A stretch of DNA of 64,000 bases from an uncultured Candidatus Saccharibacteria bacterium. Its GTDB lineage: Bacteria > Patescibacteriota > Minisyncoccia > Phycocordibacterales > PALSA-1337. Where the stretch lies: the NCBI GenBank assembly GCA_964596595.1, contig CAZQUI010000001.1:15817-79816 (forward strand), given 5' to 3'. Positions 46,883 to 55,617 of the stretch are shown here, piece after piece; the first letter of the stretch is position 1, and each line of letters starts with the position of its first letter. The translations under genes and the position numbers were made by a program. Below the pieces are notes generated by a model. It made no database searches. It saw only the letters and a program-made list of their open reading frames with translations, and was not told where the DNA came from.

Positions 46883-47461
46883 ATGATTTCCAGGCTACAG
46901 GGACAAATAATAGAATCGGGCAATAATTACGTCGTTATCAATGTTGGTGGCATGGGTTATAAAGCGTTTGTAACCGACGATACACTCCACACTCTCTCTA
47001 CGAAAACCGAGACTTCCCTCTGGACATACCTGGCAGTACGAGAAAATGCCTTAGATCTGTATGGTTTCATTTCTAAAAAAGAAAAAGATTTTTTTGAATT
47101 ATTAATTTCTATTTCCGGTATCGGTCCTAAATCTGCTCTGAATATTCTTACCTTGGTAGATGCAGACACATTAGCGAGTGCTATCCAATCGGGTTCAACT
47201 TCTCATCTGGTAAAAGTCTCTGGCATTGGCAGAAAAACCGCCGAAAAAATCGTCTTGGAACTCAAAGATAAACTCGGAGGAATCAGTCATGATGAGCAAG
47301 GTGAATTTGCTGCAGGGATGTCGAGTGATGCAGACACTATTGCTGCTCTCAAGGCCTTGGGTTATGACAATGATGAAGCACGTGAAGCACTCAAGAAAAT
47401 AGATAAAAATATTACGGACACCGGTGCAAAAGTAAAAGCGGCATTAAAGTTACTGATGTAA
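46883..47461 (+). CDS. ruvA: Holliday junction DNA helicase subunit RuvA
   Basis: 'MISRLQGQIIESGNNYVVINVGGMGYKAF' OB domain, helix-hairpin-helix pairs 'ISGIGPKSALNIL' and 'VSGIGRKTAEKIV', and the C-terminal RuvB-interaction domain. Confidence 0.85.
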   Translation: MISRLQGQIIESGNNYVVINVGGMGYKAFVTDDTLHTLSTKTETSLWTYLAVRENALDLYGFISKKEKDFFELLISISGIGPKSALNILTLVDADTLASAIQSGSTSHLVKVSGIGRKTAEKIVLELKDKLGGISHDEQGEFAAGMSSDADTIAALKALGYDNDEAREALKKIDKNITDTGAKVKAALKLLM

Positions 47462-47472
47462 AATAACAAATC

Positions 47473-48741
47473 ATGATCGACAACATCCTAACCAAAATCA
47501 AACGCTACCTTCCAGTAAAGTTCTTCCGCGCCTTGCAACCGATCTATCATTGGTCACTCTCTTTTATGGCAGCTCTGTGGTATCGCTTTCCTTCTCGGAA
47601 GATTAAAATTATCGGTGTTACCGGTACCAAAGGCAAAAGTTCTACCGTAGAAATTTTAAATGCTATTCTCGAAGAAGCCGGGTACCGAACAGCTCTGTCC
47701 AACACCATTCGTTTCAAAGTGAGCAATGAATCTTCGGAAAATAAGTACAAGATGAGTATGCCGGGCAGGTTTTTCGTACAACGTTTTTTACGAAAAGCAG
47801 CAAAAGCCAAATGTGATTATGTAATTCTCGAAATGACGTCTCAAGGAGCACTACTGTACCGTCACAAATTTATAGAGTTGAATGCCATGATCTTTACCAA
47901 TCTCTCTCCTGAACACATAGAAGCACACGGTTCATATGAGAATTACCGCCAATCCAAGCTCAACATTTTTCACAGCCTCAAAAATTCCCACAAACCCAAT
48001 CGTACTATTATTGCCAACAAAGACGATCCAGAAAGTCATATATTCCTCGAATGTGAAGCTGATAGAAAAATAACCTTTAGTGCGGAAGATGCAAAGCCCT
48101 ATGAAATCAAAAAAAGTGGCATCGATTTTACGTACAATAACAAAAAGATTTCCTCCCCTCTTTCAGGCATATTTAATCTCTACAATATTCTCGCAGCCAC
48201 TACAGCAGCAAAATCTCAAGAAGTATCAGACGAAATCATCGTGCGAGCGATCGAGAAATTTAACGGTATACCCGGAAGAGTTCAAAAGATTGAGGTGGGC
48301 CAGGACTTTGGCGTAATCGTTGACTATGCTCATACCACTGACTCACTCGAAAAGCTCTATCAAGTTTTCGAATCAACCAGAAAAATCTGTATCCTCGGTG
48401 GTACTGGTGGCGGAAGAGATACCTGGAAATATGCCGAACTCGGAAAAATCGCTGATGCCTATTGCAATGAAATTATTTTAACCAATGAAGACCCGTACGA
48501 TGATGATCCAAAGAAAATTGTGGAAGCTGTAGCAAAAGGTATCACTAATCAAAGTCCAATGATTATCATGGATCGTCGTGAAGCCATTCGTGAAGCTATT
48601 CATCGTGCCAAAACTGGTGACACCATCATTATTACCGGCAAAGGCACTGATCCGTACATCATGGGACCACAAGGCACAAAACAAGAATGGAGTGATGCTC
48701 GGGTTACAAAAGAAGAATTAGAAAAATTTTTAAACAAATAA
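47473..48741 (+). CDS. Mur ligase family protein (MurE/MurF/MurT-like)
   Basis: P-loop 'IIGVTGTKGKSST' with Mur ligase middle and C-terminal domains; 422 aa. Specific substrate not assignable. Confidence 0.6.
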   Translation: MIDNILTKIKRYLPVKFFRALQPIYHWSLSFMAALWYRFPSRKIKIIGVTGTKGKSSTVEILNAILEEAGYRTALSNTIRFKVSNESSENKYKMSMPGRFFVQRFLRKAAKAKCDYVILEMTSQGALLYRHKFIELNAMIFTNLSPEHIEAHGSYENYRQSKLNIFHSLKNSHKPNRTIIANKDDPESHIFLECEADRKITFSAEDAKPYEIKKSGIDFTYNNKKISSPLSGIFNLYNILAATTAAKSQEVSDEIIVRAIEKFNGIPGRVQKIEVGQDFGVIVDYAHTTDSLEKLYQVFESTRKICILGGTGGGRDTWKYAELGKIADAYCNEIILTNEDPYDDDPKKIVEAVAKGITNQSPMIIMDRREAIREAIHRAKTGDTIIITGKGTDPYIMGPQGTKQEWSDARVTKEELEKFLNK

Positions 48742-49779
48742 TTTCATCCAGGAATTTATTTGTTCAGAATTTATAGTATAAGCCCTAATAAAAGAATCAT
48801 CGACATGAGCGTACAAGATACCTTCTCCTTTTTTTGTTTCGACAAATTGACTAGCAAAAGTAACCGTTTTAGCCTCAGTATCTCGAATAAAAGGTTTAGG
48901 TGAAACCCAATCTATTTTTCCATTTTCATAATCATATATAAATAAGCCGACCGAAAACATTCCGTATGTTATATTCTCATCGAGAATTTTATTTGCTTCA
49001 CGACCATTAATAAAACCCAATAATTTACCTTCTCCAACATCAATAAAATTTTTAGACAGAAGTGGACCCGGTGAAGCATGGCCAGCAATCCAAGAAATAT
49101 TATGTTCTTTTGGATGAAAAATTATTTTTCCAAATTCCCATAAACTTCCCATATCGTGAGCAATAGCTGTTCTAATTACTGAATAATTAAAATCACTTTC
49201 TTTTTTTGATGATTCAACCAAATTAAATCTAAATCCCCTTTTGTTTACGGGTGCTATAGATAATTCTTTGGATCCACCGATGCTGTCAGCCCTAAGGACA
49301 GGATCAGTCATTTCTAAACTATATAGATCTTTACCTACAGCATGACCAAGATGAATCTTATTTTTAGAATGTTCAACTCGACTTATTAGCGGTAAAGTAA
49401 AATATAAATGTAACAATTTACTACTTTGATCAACCCAAATATCAGGATCTTCTAGACCAATAAAATCAAACTCAATATTTTCCAAATTATCAATTATTTT
49501 ATTGTCATCTTGAATATTTAATTTTTCTCCAATCTCAAAATTCTCTAAAGAATTACCCTTTATCAAATATAGTTCACTTCTATCGAGGTAACCATTAACA
49601 GAAATATCACCTTGGCGACTGGTAATACACCTGACAACCCCTTCCTTAAACTGAGTTGTCGGATCCAGAGCGACAGCCATCACATGACTAAAACGGGAGT
49701 TTGTAATAATAACTTTACCTTGGTGTTGAGTATAATAATTATTCACATTAATTACCGTAATTTTTATTAAGCAATTCAA
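48730..49779 (-). CDS. Hypothetical protein (possible beta-propeller/glycosidase-like), unassigned
   Basis: 349 aa, no signal peptide and no diagnostic motif recognised. Confidence 0.3.
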   Translation of the reverse strand: MNCLIKITVINVNNYYTQHQGKVIITNSRFSHVMAVALDPTTQFKEGVVRCITSRQGDISVNGYLDRSELYLIKGNSLENFEIGEKLNIQDDNKIIDNLENIEFDFIGLEDPDIWVDQSSKLLHLYFTLPLISRVEHSKNKIHLGHAVGKDLYSLEMTDPVLRADSIGGSKELSIAPVNKRGFRFNLVESSKKESDFNYSVIRTAIAHDMGSLWEFGKIIFHPKEHNISWIAGHASPGPLLSKNFIDVGEGKLLGFINGREANKILDENITYGMFSVGLFIYDYENGKIDWVSPKPFIRDTEAKTVTFASQFVETKKGEGILYAHVDDSFIRAYTINSEQINSWMKLFV

Positions 49780-51019
49780 CGGTCTTCTTTCCTACTAACC
49801 CAGTTTCATCGACAATACCATGTTTATTTTGAAAAATATTCAGAGCCTTCTTGGTACAAGGTCCCAATAAACCACTGCGAGGGCAATCATTTTTTGTTTT
49901 ATCTTCAGGAGGATATACACCATCTAAAATAAGAGCCGTCTGTAAAGCAAAAACATCTGGACTTTCCATACTTTTTACAGTAATAGGATTTTTCCACTCA
50001 TAAGGTAAAGTGACGGTATCATAGTAACGAGTTAAATTTTTAGCATTTTCTGAATCGAAAAAATCCATCAACCCCATATAGGTCTGAAAAGCAAGATCTT
50101 TTACAGCCACCTTACGAATATCAGGGTTCACAAATTGGGTTTCGTATATATAACCATATTCAATAAGCATACTGGCGGCATCAAGAGTGTTGTACGAACC
50201 AACAGCAATTAATTCTTGATCTTCAACTATACCTTCACTTTCTGGAGGGTAATTACTAATCGGATTATATTTAGCTAATCTGTTAAAAATAGTATTTGCT
50301 AAAACTTGAGTAGTAACACTATTCTGATACTGATTTTCTGGAACATAAATAGAAAAACCAGAATATTCACCCGCTTGAGATCTTTGATTTCGAGGATAGT
50401 CATTTAAATGTAGATGAATAGCAATATCTACATCATTTTCTCCAGCCCATTTGTTGATTCCGTAAAGTCTCAGAGCAATTTCAGTAAGAGCAGTTACATG
50501 TTTTATCGTTGGAACTTCTACTTTATATTGCCCGACACGAACCATTTCTGCTGTTTCCTTTTTGTGAGCATCTTTCCAAGTGATTATGTCATCCCAATGT
50601 TTTTGAAAATATTCAGAAAATTCTGGTCTCCAATCGTTGGAATCTCTTGTTACAAAAACTTCAAAACGAGAATTATTTTTTAATAATTTTTCTAATTCCT
50701 CGGCCAAAGAAACCACGATTTCATGCTCCTTAGCCGATCCAAACTGAGTCCCACCAAAATTAGGCTCATGCCCCGGAACAAGCAAAATCCGAACCTTCTT
50801 TTTTTTAGATTCTGGTCTTTTTGCAATATATTTTGCCCTAATCTCTTCAACAGTTTTTGCTGGTCTAGACGATATAAGTGAAGCTGCTTGTTCAGTTAAA
50901 TGATCTGCGGTAATAAGTGTATTGATAAGTAAAGTGTGCGTTTGATTGGGATATTGCATAGCAATCCACGGTACACCAAAAAATAAAAGTGCTAATAAAG
51001 TAGCCAATAGATAACGCAT
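49748..51019 (-). CDS. N-acetylmuramoyl-L-alanine amidase (Amidase_3) with C-terminal peptidoglycan-binding domain
   Basis: Signal peptide, then 'VRILLVPGHEPNFGGTQ..GSAKEHEIVVSLAEELEKLL.....FEVFVTRDS' Amidase_3 core. C-terminal 'LQTALILDGVY......GLLGPCTKKALNIFQNKHGI' is a PG_binding_1-like repeat. Confidence 0.7.
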   Translation of the reverse strand: MRYLLATLLALLFFGVPWIAMQYPNQTHTLLINTLITADHLTEQAASLISSRPAKTVEEIRAKYIAKRPESKKKKVRILLVPGHEPNFGGTQFGSAKEHEIVVSLAEELEKLLKNNSRFEVFVTRDSNDWRPEFSEYFQKHWDDIITWKDAHKKETAEMVRVGQYKVEVPTIKHVTALTEIALRLYGINKWAGENDVDIAIHLHLNDYPRNQRSQAGEYSGFSIYVPENQYQNSVTTQVLANTIFNRLAKYNPISNYPPESEGIVEDQELIAVGSYNTLDAASMLIEYGYIYETQFVNPDIRKVAVKDLAFQTYMGLMDFFDSENAKNLTRYYDTVTLPYEWKNPITVKSMESPDVFALQTALILDGVYPPEDKTKNDCPRSGLLGPCTKKALNIFQNKHGIVDETGLVGKKTVELLNKNYGN

Positions 51020-51038
51020 ATGTAATATTATAACTCAT

Positions 51039-51953
51039 ATGCCCGAATTACCCGAAGTACAAACTACTGTAACTGGCCTAAAACAAACCGTAATAGGACT
51101 ATCTATTCTGGATGTATGGTCAAATTACAACAGCAAATATTTTAAAGGGTCAAAAACTATCAAAGATCCAAGCTATTTTGCTATCTTCAAAAAAACCATA
51201 ATTGGCAGAAAAATAATCGCCGTTGAAAGAAGAGCCAAAAATATACTAATTCGTTTAGATAACAATCACACCATCCTCATTCACATGAAAATGACTGGTC
51301 ACATACTTTATGGAAAATATAAATTTGATGCTTCAAATAAAAAAGATCCCTGGAGAGCAATTGAACCAGAGAGTCTCAAAGATCCTTTTAACCACCATAT
51401 TCGTTTTATGATTTCTTTTTCTAATGGAAAATTTCTTGCCCTTTCTGATGTACGTAAATTCGCCAAAGTAACAGTTCAAGAATCATCTACCCTGCACAAC
51501 TCTCATCACTTACATAACCTTGGACCAGAACCGCTGGAAAAAGAATTTACTTTTAAAAAGTTTAACGAACGAATTAACTTAAAATCGAATGGTAAAATAA
51601 AACAAGTTTTAATGGATCAATCTATCATTGCCGGCATCGGAAATATCTATGCCGATGAATCATTGTGGCGAACCGATATACATCCAGCCAAAATAGTAAA
51701 AAATATTTCACCAAAACAAAGAAAAGATCTTTATGATGCGATATTAAAAAATCTTGCTCGTGGTATAAACTTTGGCGGCGACTCAATGTCAGATTATAGA
51801 AATGTTCATGGTGAAAAAGGAAAATTTCAAGAACAACATAATGCTTATCGCAAAACTGGTACCAAGTGTCAAAAGAAAGGTTGCAAAGGTTCAATTGTTA
51901 AAATAGTTTTAGGAACCAGAAGTACACATTTTTGCAATGTGCACCAGGTTTAA
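51039..51953 (+). CDS. mutM: Formamidopyrimidine-DNA glycosylase
   Basis: N-terminal 'MPELPEVQT' catalytic Pro2/Glu3, H2TH region and C-terminal zinc finger 'CQKKGCKGSIVKIVLGTRSTHFCNVHQ'. Confidence 0.85.
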   Translation: MPELPEVQTTVTGLKQTVIGLSILDVWSNYNSKYFKGSKTIKDPSYFAIFKKTIIGRKIIAVERRAKNILIRLDNNHTILIHMKMTGHILYGKYKFDASNKKDPWRAIEPESLKDPFNHHIRFMISFSNGKFLALSDVRKFAKVTVQESSTLHNSHHLHNLGPEPLEKEFTFKKFNERINLKSNGKIKQVLMDQSIIAGIGNIYADESLWRTDIHPAKIVKNISPKQRKDLYDAILKNLARGINFGGDSMSDYRNVHGEKGKFQEQHNAYRKTGTKCQKKGCKGSIVKIVLGTRSTHFCNVHQV

Positions 51954-51981
51954 GAGAATCCTACGACAAACCATAAACCCA

Positions 51982-52500
51982 TCAGATGTCAAACAGTCTA
52001 TACAAAAATATTCCAGCAGCAACAGAAACATTTAAAGACTCTTTCTTTCCTTGAAGTGGTATTTCCGCAACCTCATCAGTTAAATTCAAAATTTCTTTTG
52101 AAACACCTTCGACTTCATTACCCAAAATTATGACAACCCTATTTGATGATTTAACTTTTTTATAATCAATAGAATCCCCTGTTTGCTCGAGAGCAATAAT
52201 TTTAAATTTTTCTTTTTTCAGATTTTTAATTAAAACTTTTGCATTTTCAAAATATTCCCAACTAATTATTTCTTCGCTACCCAAGGCTACTTTGGCAAAA
52301 TCTTTTCTTTTCTGACCAAATCTATCCAGTGGCACAGGAGTAGTACCAATACAATAGATACGCTTAATACCCAATGTTTCAGCTGTCCGAAATATAGAAC
52401 CAACGTTATGAACACTACGTATATTGTCCAAAACCAGGCGAATGTCTTGAATATTTGATATCATTAAGACTACATTAACCAACAATAAAAAATACTTCAA
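51982..52500 (-). CDS. SpoU-class (SPOUT) tRNA/rRNA 2'-O-methyltransferase
   Basis: 'IRLVLDNIRSVHNVGSIFRTAETLGI' and 'VVIILGNEVEGVS....L..EVAEIPL.GK.ESLNVSVAAGIFLY' are SpoU motifs I-III. Confidence 0.75.
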   Translation of the reverse strand: MKYFLLLVNVVLMISNIQDIRLVLDNIRSVHNVGSIFRTAETLGIKRIYCIGTTPVPLDRFGQKRKDFAKVALGSEEIISWEYFENAKVLIKNLKKEKFKIIALEQTGDSIDYKKVKSSNRVVIILGNEVEGVSKEILNLTDEVAEIPLQGKKESLNVSVAAGIFLYRLFDI

Positions 52501-52862
52501 TGCTCTCTATATTTCCTTCACTATTAGCCTGGGAACAATTATCACCATTTATTATTCGAATTGCACTAGGAGCAGTTTTTTTATACTGGTCACATAAAGC
52601 AATAAAAAATAAAAAACTTTCATCAATAGAAAAAATTTTTGGCTACCTCGAAGGAGTAGCAGGAATATTACTCATAGTCGGTATCTGGACCCAAGCCGCT
52701 GCCCTTTTTGCTTGTATTAAACTTGCAGGTTGTCTCTTTGGCAAAATTCGCCACAGACAATTTCTCACCGATGGAGTTAATTATTACCTAATATTATTAG
52801 TAATGGCCATTTCATTACTTCTAACTGGCGCCGGATTCTTTGCTTTTGATATTCCATTGTAA
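52500..52862 (+). CDS. DoxX-family membrane protein
   Basis: 120 aa with four TM helices and a 'RIALGAVFLYWSH' DoxX-like N-terminus. Confidence 0.55.
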   Translation: MLSIFPSLLAWEQLSPFIIRIALGAVFLYWSHKAIKNKKLSSIEKIFGYLEGVAGILLIVGIWTQAAALFACIKLAGCLFGKIRHRQFLTDGVNYYLILLVMAISLLLTGAGFFAFDIPL

Positions 52863-53058
52863 ACTCTCGGTCCAGCCTTTCAGTTTAGATCTAATAGTTG
52901 ACTAAAGACGCAAAATACTAGTATATTGTGTGATGTTACCTGCAGCAAATAGGTATATGAGTACTTTTATTTTTGACGTTGCGCCCATATATTCATATGT
53001 GCGCTTCGTTCGGACCAAAACCAAATGAGCTTTGCTCATTTGGTCTGGATCCTCACTT

Positions 53059-53132
53059 GCGCCCATAGCTCAGCCCGGTAGAGCACCTCCCTTTTAAGGA
53101 GTGGGTCCTTGGTTCGAATCCAAGTGGGCGCA
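53059..53132 (+). tRNA. tRNA-Lys (anticodon TTT)
   Basis: Acceptor GCGCCCA/TGGGCGC, D-arm GCTC-AGCCCGGTA-GAGC, anticodon loop CTTTTAA, T-arm CTTGG-TTCGAAT-CCAAG. A perfect 11-bp hairpin (accaaatgagc-ttt-gctcatttggt) lies just upstream at 53017-53042. Confidence 0.9.
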
Positions 53133-53180
53133 CAATGATATAAATCATCATTATTTTTAATTATAGAAAAAGATTCAATA

Positions 53181-53211
53181 GAAAATCGCTTGAGCTGCTC
53201 AAGCGATTTTT
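53181..53211. terminator. Bidirectional terminator between tRNA-Lys (+) and pheA (-)
   Basis: aaatcgcttgag-ctg-ctcaagcgattt perfect 12-bp stem flanked by T-runs on both strands. Confidence 0.55.
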
Positions 53212-53221
53212 GTAACCAAAA

Positions 53222-54100
53222 CTAATCAGCACAGTGCGCGACTTCAAAAGGACCAAAAGATACACAGTCTTCAACTTGATCAAAAAAAGAATACATTGCC
53301 TTGTTTAAAGACGCAACCTGTTTTCTACCCAACTCAATCTCAATAGCAAAATGATAGGAATTTCTACCACAATAAACAGAGTGGACTTGGGATACGTTGA
53401 GGTTTTCTCTTGCAAATGGACTCAGAGCATTAACCAATGCATATGGTGTATGTTTCAATTTGAAAATTACCAAAATGCGATTATTTCTTCCAATTGAAAC
53501 CTTATGCCATTCTGGTCCAATCAGAAAAAATGTTGTAAAAGCATCTTCATCTTCAAAAGAACTGTTAAGCACCTTCAATCCATATTTTTGTGCAGCAGAT
53601 TTGGGACCAAGAGCAGCACTGCGCGAATATTTATCTTCCAAGGAAACAAGTCTGGCCGCTTCACCATTACTTGGAACATTCAAGGTCCGAAAATGCCCTG
53701 TTAGAATCCTGTTCTTGCAGGCCTCCAAAGCTTTTGGGTGAGCAATTATTTCAGAGACTTGCTTTTCCTCAACATGAATCTGGGCCATGAGACAGAAACT
53801 AATTTTTAATTTAACAGCCCCAATAACACGAAAACCAAAATCCTTGGAACGACGTTGATCATTAAGAAGACAGATAAATGTTTCCAAGGATTCATTGAGT
53901 CTGCCACCCGCCAAGGTTTCCATGGCCAACGCACCAAACCCGCCATGTTCTTCAATTAGACGCAAAACTTCACTATTTGAACTTGCTGCCACATAATTGC
54001 CTTCAGTTACTGTCGGAGCTCGGTATTTTTTTGCCAAAATAGTATACGCATCATGAGAAAAAGTTGCCCCATAAGGACCAAGAAATACTATCTTATTCAT
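53222..54100 (-). CDS. pheA: Prephenate dehydratase (PDT + ACT domains)
   Basis: 'KIVFLGPYGATFSHDA' PDT N-terminal block and C-terminal ACT region 'ILVIFKLKHTPYALVNALSPFARENLNVSQVHS'. Start taken at MNKIVF. Confidence 0.7.
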   Translation of the reverse strand: MNKIVFLGPYGATFSHDAYTILAKKYRAPTVTEGNYVAASSNSEVLRLIEEHGGFGALAMETLAGGRLNESLETFICLLNDQRRSKDFGFRVIGAVKLKISFCLMAQIHVEEKQVSEIIAHPKALEACKNRILTGHFRTLNVPSNGEAARLVSLEDKYSRSAALGPKSAAQKYGLKVLNSSFEDEDAFTTFFLIGPEWHKVSIGRNNRILVIFKLKHTPYALVNALSPFARENLNVSQVHSVYCGRNSYHFAIEIELGRKQVASLNKAMYSFFDQVEDCVSFGPFEVAHCAD

Positions 54101-54246
54101 TTGATTCCTTGTGCTTGATATTGTTTTCAAATCTCCCTGCATCCTACAATACAAAAAACTGAAGTCAAATTTTTATTTCCTTTTGAGATAAGAAGTCTAC
54201 TTACCCGAGACACACTTAAGTATTTATGCTATAAATGAATTAAAGA

Positions 54247-54525
54247 TTGTTCGTTGAAAAAAGGAAACGTATGCAACTACCACACGTCTCTGATGCACCC
54301 ACCGATCAACAGGGTATCAAGCGCCTCAAGGAAGAGATTCAGACTTTACAAAAAAACATCGAGGAAATCCTTAAACACTCCAATAAGCACGTGTTAATTA
54401 TTGGAAAAAACATTAGCTACTTCACATCTTATTCTGATGCTCTCGAAGAGGGTTACCGTCTTTGTGGTCTTGGAGATTTCATGGTCCAGGAAGTAAACGA
54501 TCTTACCAAAACCTATTGGTATTAA
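54247..54525 (+). CDS. Hypothetical protein
   Basis: 92 aa, coiled-coil-like N-terminus, no family match. Confidence 0.3.
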   Translation: MFVEKRKRMQLPHVSDAPTDQQGIKRLKEEIQTLQKNIEEILKHSNKHVLIIGKNISYFTSYSDALEEGYRLCGLGDFMVQEVNDLTKTYWY

Positions 54526-54590
54526 ATGAGTATCACCTCTTAATTCCAATCACCAAGCAACCTACGGTTGCTTGGTGATTTTTATATACT

Positions 54591-54863
54591 TCAAGTATTG
54601 TAAATAATTTTATACCTCCCCTTTTCTTTTCTAATAAATCCTTCTTTTTCGAGATCAGTGAGATTCTTCATGAGTTGACCGGATGGGTACGTAATAAACT
54701 CCTGAGAAAGGTTTTTTAAGGTTACAGATTTTTGCAAAAGAAATCGTAAAATTTTACCTCGCATTTCTCGATTGGATCCTTTGAAAGTTGTTTGTTTGGT
54801 ATGATGCTTACTTTTACGTGAAGGATTAGCAGTTGTCGCTTTAAGATATGAACCATAATCCAT
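54591..54863 (-). CDS. Hypothetical small basic protein (possible winged-helix DNA-binding)
   Basis: 90 aa. 'ILRFLLQKSVTLKNLSQEF....LTDLEKEGFIRKEKGRYKI' resembles a wHTH. Confidence 0.3.
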   Translation of the reverse strand: MDYGSYLKATTANPSRKSKHHTKQTTFKGSNREMRGKILRFLLQKSVTLKNLSQEFITYPSGQLMKNLTDLEKEGFIRKEKGRYKIIYNT

Positions 54864-54880
54864 AAGAGTGTAATAAGTAT

Positions 54881-55615
54881 TTACTTCCCCACTCCCAACA
54901 TCAATCGCTCCAAGGATAACTCCAAATTGACCAGACCTCGATGTCCATCATGATAAAGAGTCATTAATTTTTCCAAAAATATATTGAGCTCTTGTTCTGA
55001 ATAATTCCCGGCGTATTTTTTGGATTTACTAAACACAAAGGGATTGAGCCCTGTTTCACTGGCACTTCCTCCTTTCTGAACTAAGATCATAGACTTCACC
55101 TGCCAGAAGAGGGTGCCGATAATATTTTCTGGTTCTAAACCTGTCTCAACCGCTTGTCGATATACCGTCCACGATTTAAAACTGTTTCGTTCACCTACCG
55201 CATCTCCCAGTAAAAAAATATTAAAGTCTGCTCTACGATTTTCTTTGTGAGCAGTTGATGGGACTTCACATTCCACCACCTTTTCTGCATAGGTATCAAA
55301 AGCTTTTTTGAGTTCAGTGAGTACTTTTCCTTCTAAGATAATAAAAATGTTGGGAGAATCTTTCATGAGTGGAACATAGTCCACTAATTCTTCCTTGGCC
55401 AGCCGATTTTCGGTAACCCGATCGAGAAATACAATATACTTATTGGAAAATAATCCCTGACCTCCAGCATGTTCTTCGATACTATTACCACTCCAACTAT
55501 CTCCATCAATTTTTACAAAAGTAGCATCTGGTCTTTTGTTACGTAAAGATGTCACGAGACTACTCGCTTTCTCTCGTGCTTTATCTGTATCTGTTCCATG
55601 GATGACGTATAACAT
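54881..55615 (-). CDS. holA: DNA polymerase III delta subunit-like protein
   Basis: 'LYVIHGTDTDKAREKASSLV......F.KIDGD..........EEHAGGQGLFSNKYIVFLD' resembles the HolA N-terminal clamp-loader fold. It is translationally coupled to polA (3-nt gap). Confidence 0.45.
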   Translation of the reverse strand: MLYVIHGTDTDKAREKASSLVTSLRNKRPDATFVKIDGDSWSGNSIEEHAGGQGLFSNKYIVFLDRVTENRLAKEELVDYVPLMKDSPNIFIILEGKVLTELKKAFDTYAEKVVECEVPSTAHKENRRADFNIFLLGDAVGERNSFKSWTVYRQAVETGLEPENIIGTLFWQVKSMILVQKGGSASETGLNPFVFSKSKKYAGNYSEQELNIFLEKLMTLYHDGHRGLVNLELSLERLMLGVGK

Positions 55616-55617
55616 AT

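Noticed and set aside
52977-52987. 11-bp duplicate 'ttgcgcccata' of the tRNA-Lys 5' end, 80 bp upstream of the gene.
   Set aside because: It is short enough to be chance and has no accompanying structure or second repeat.
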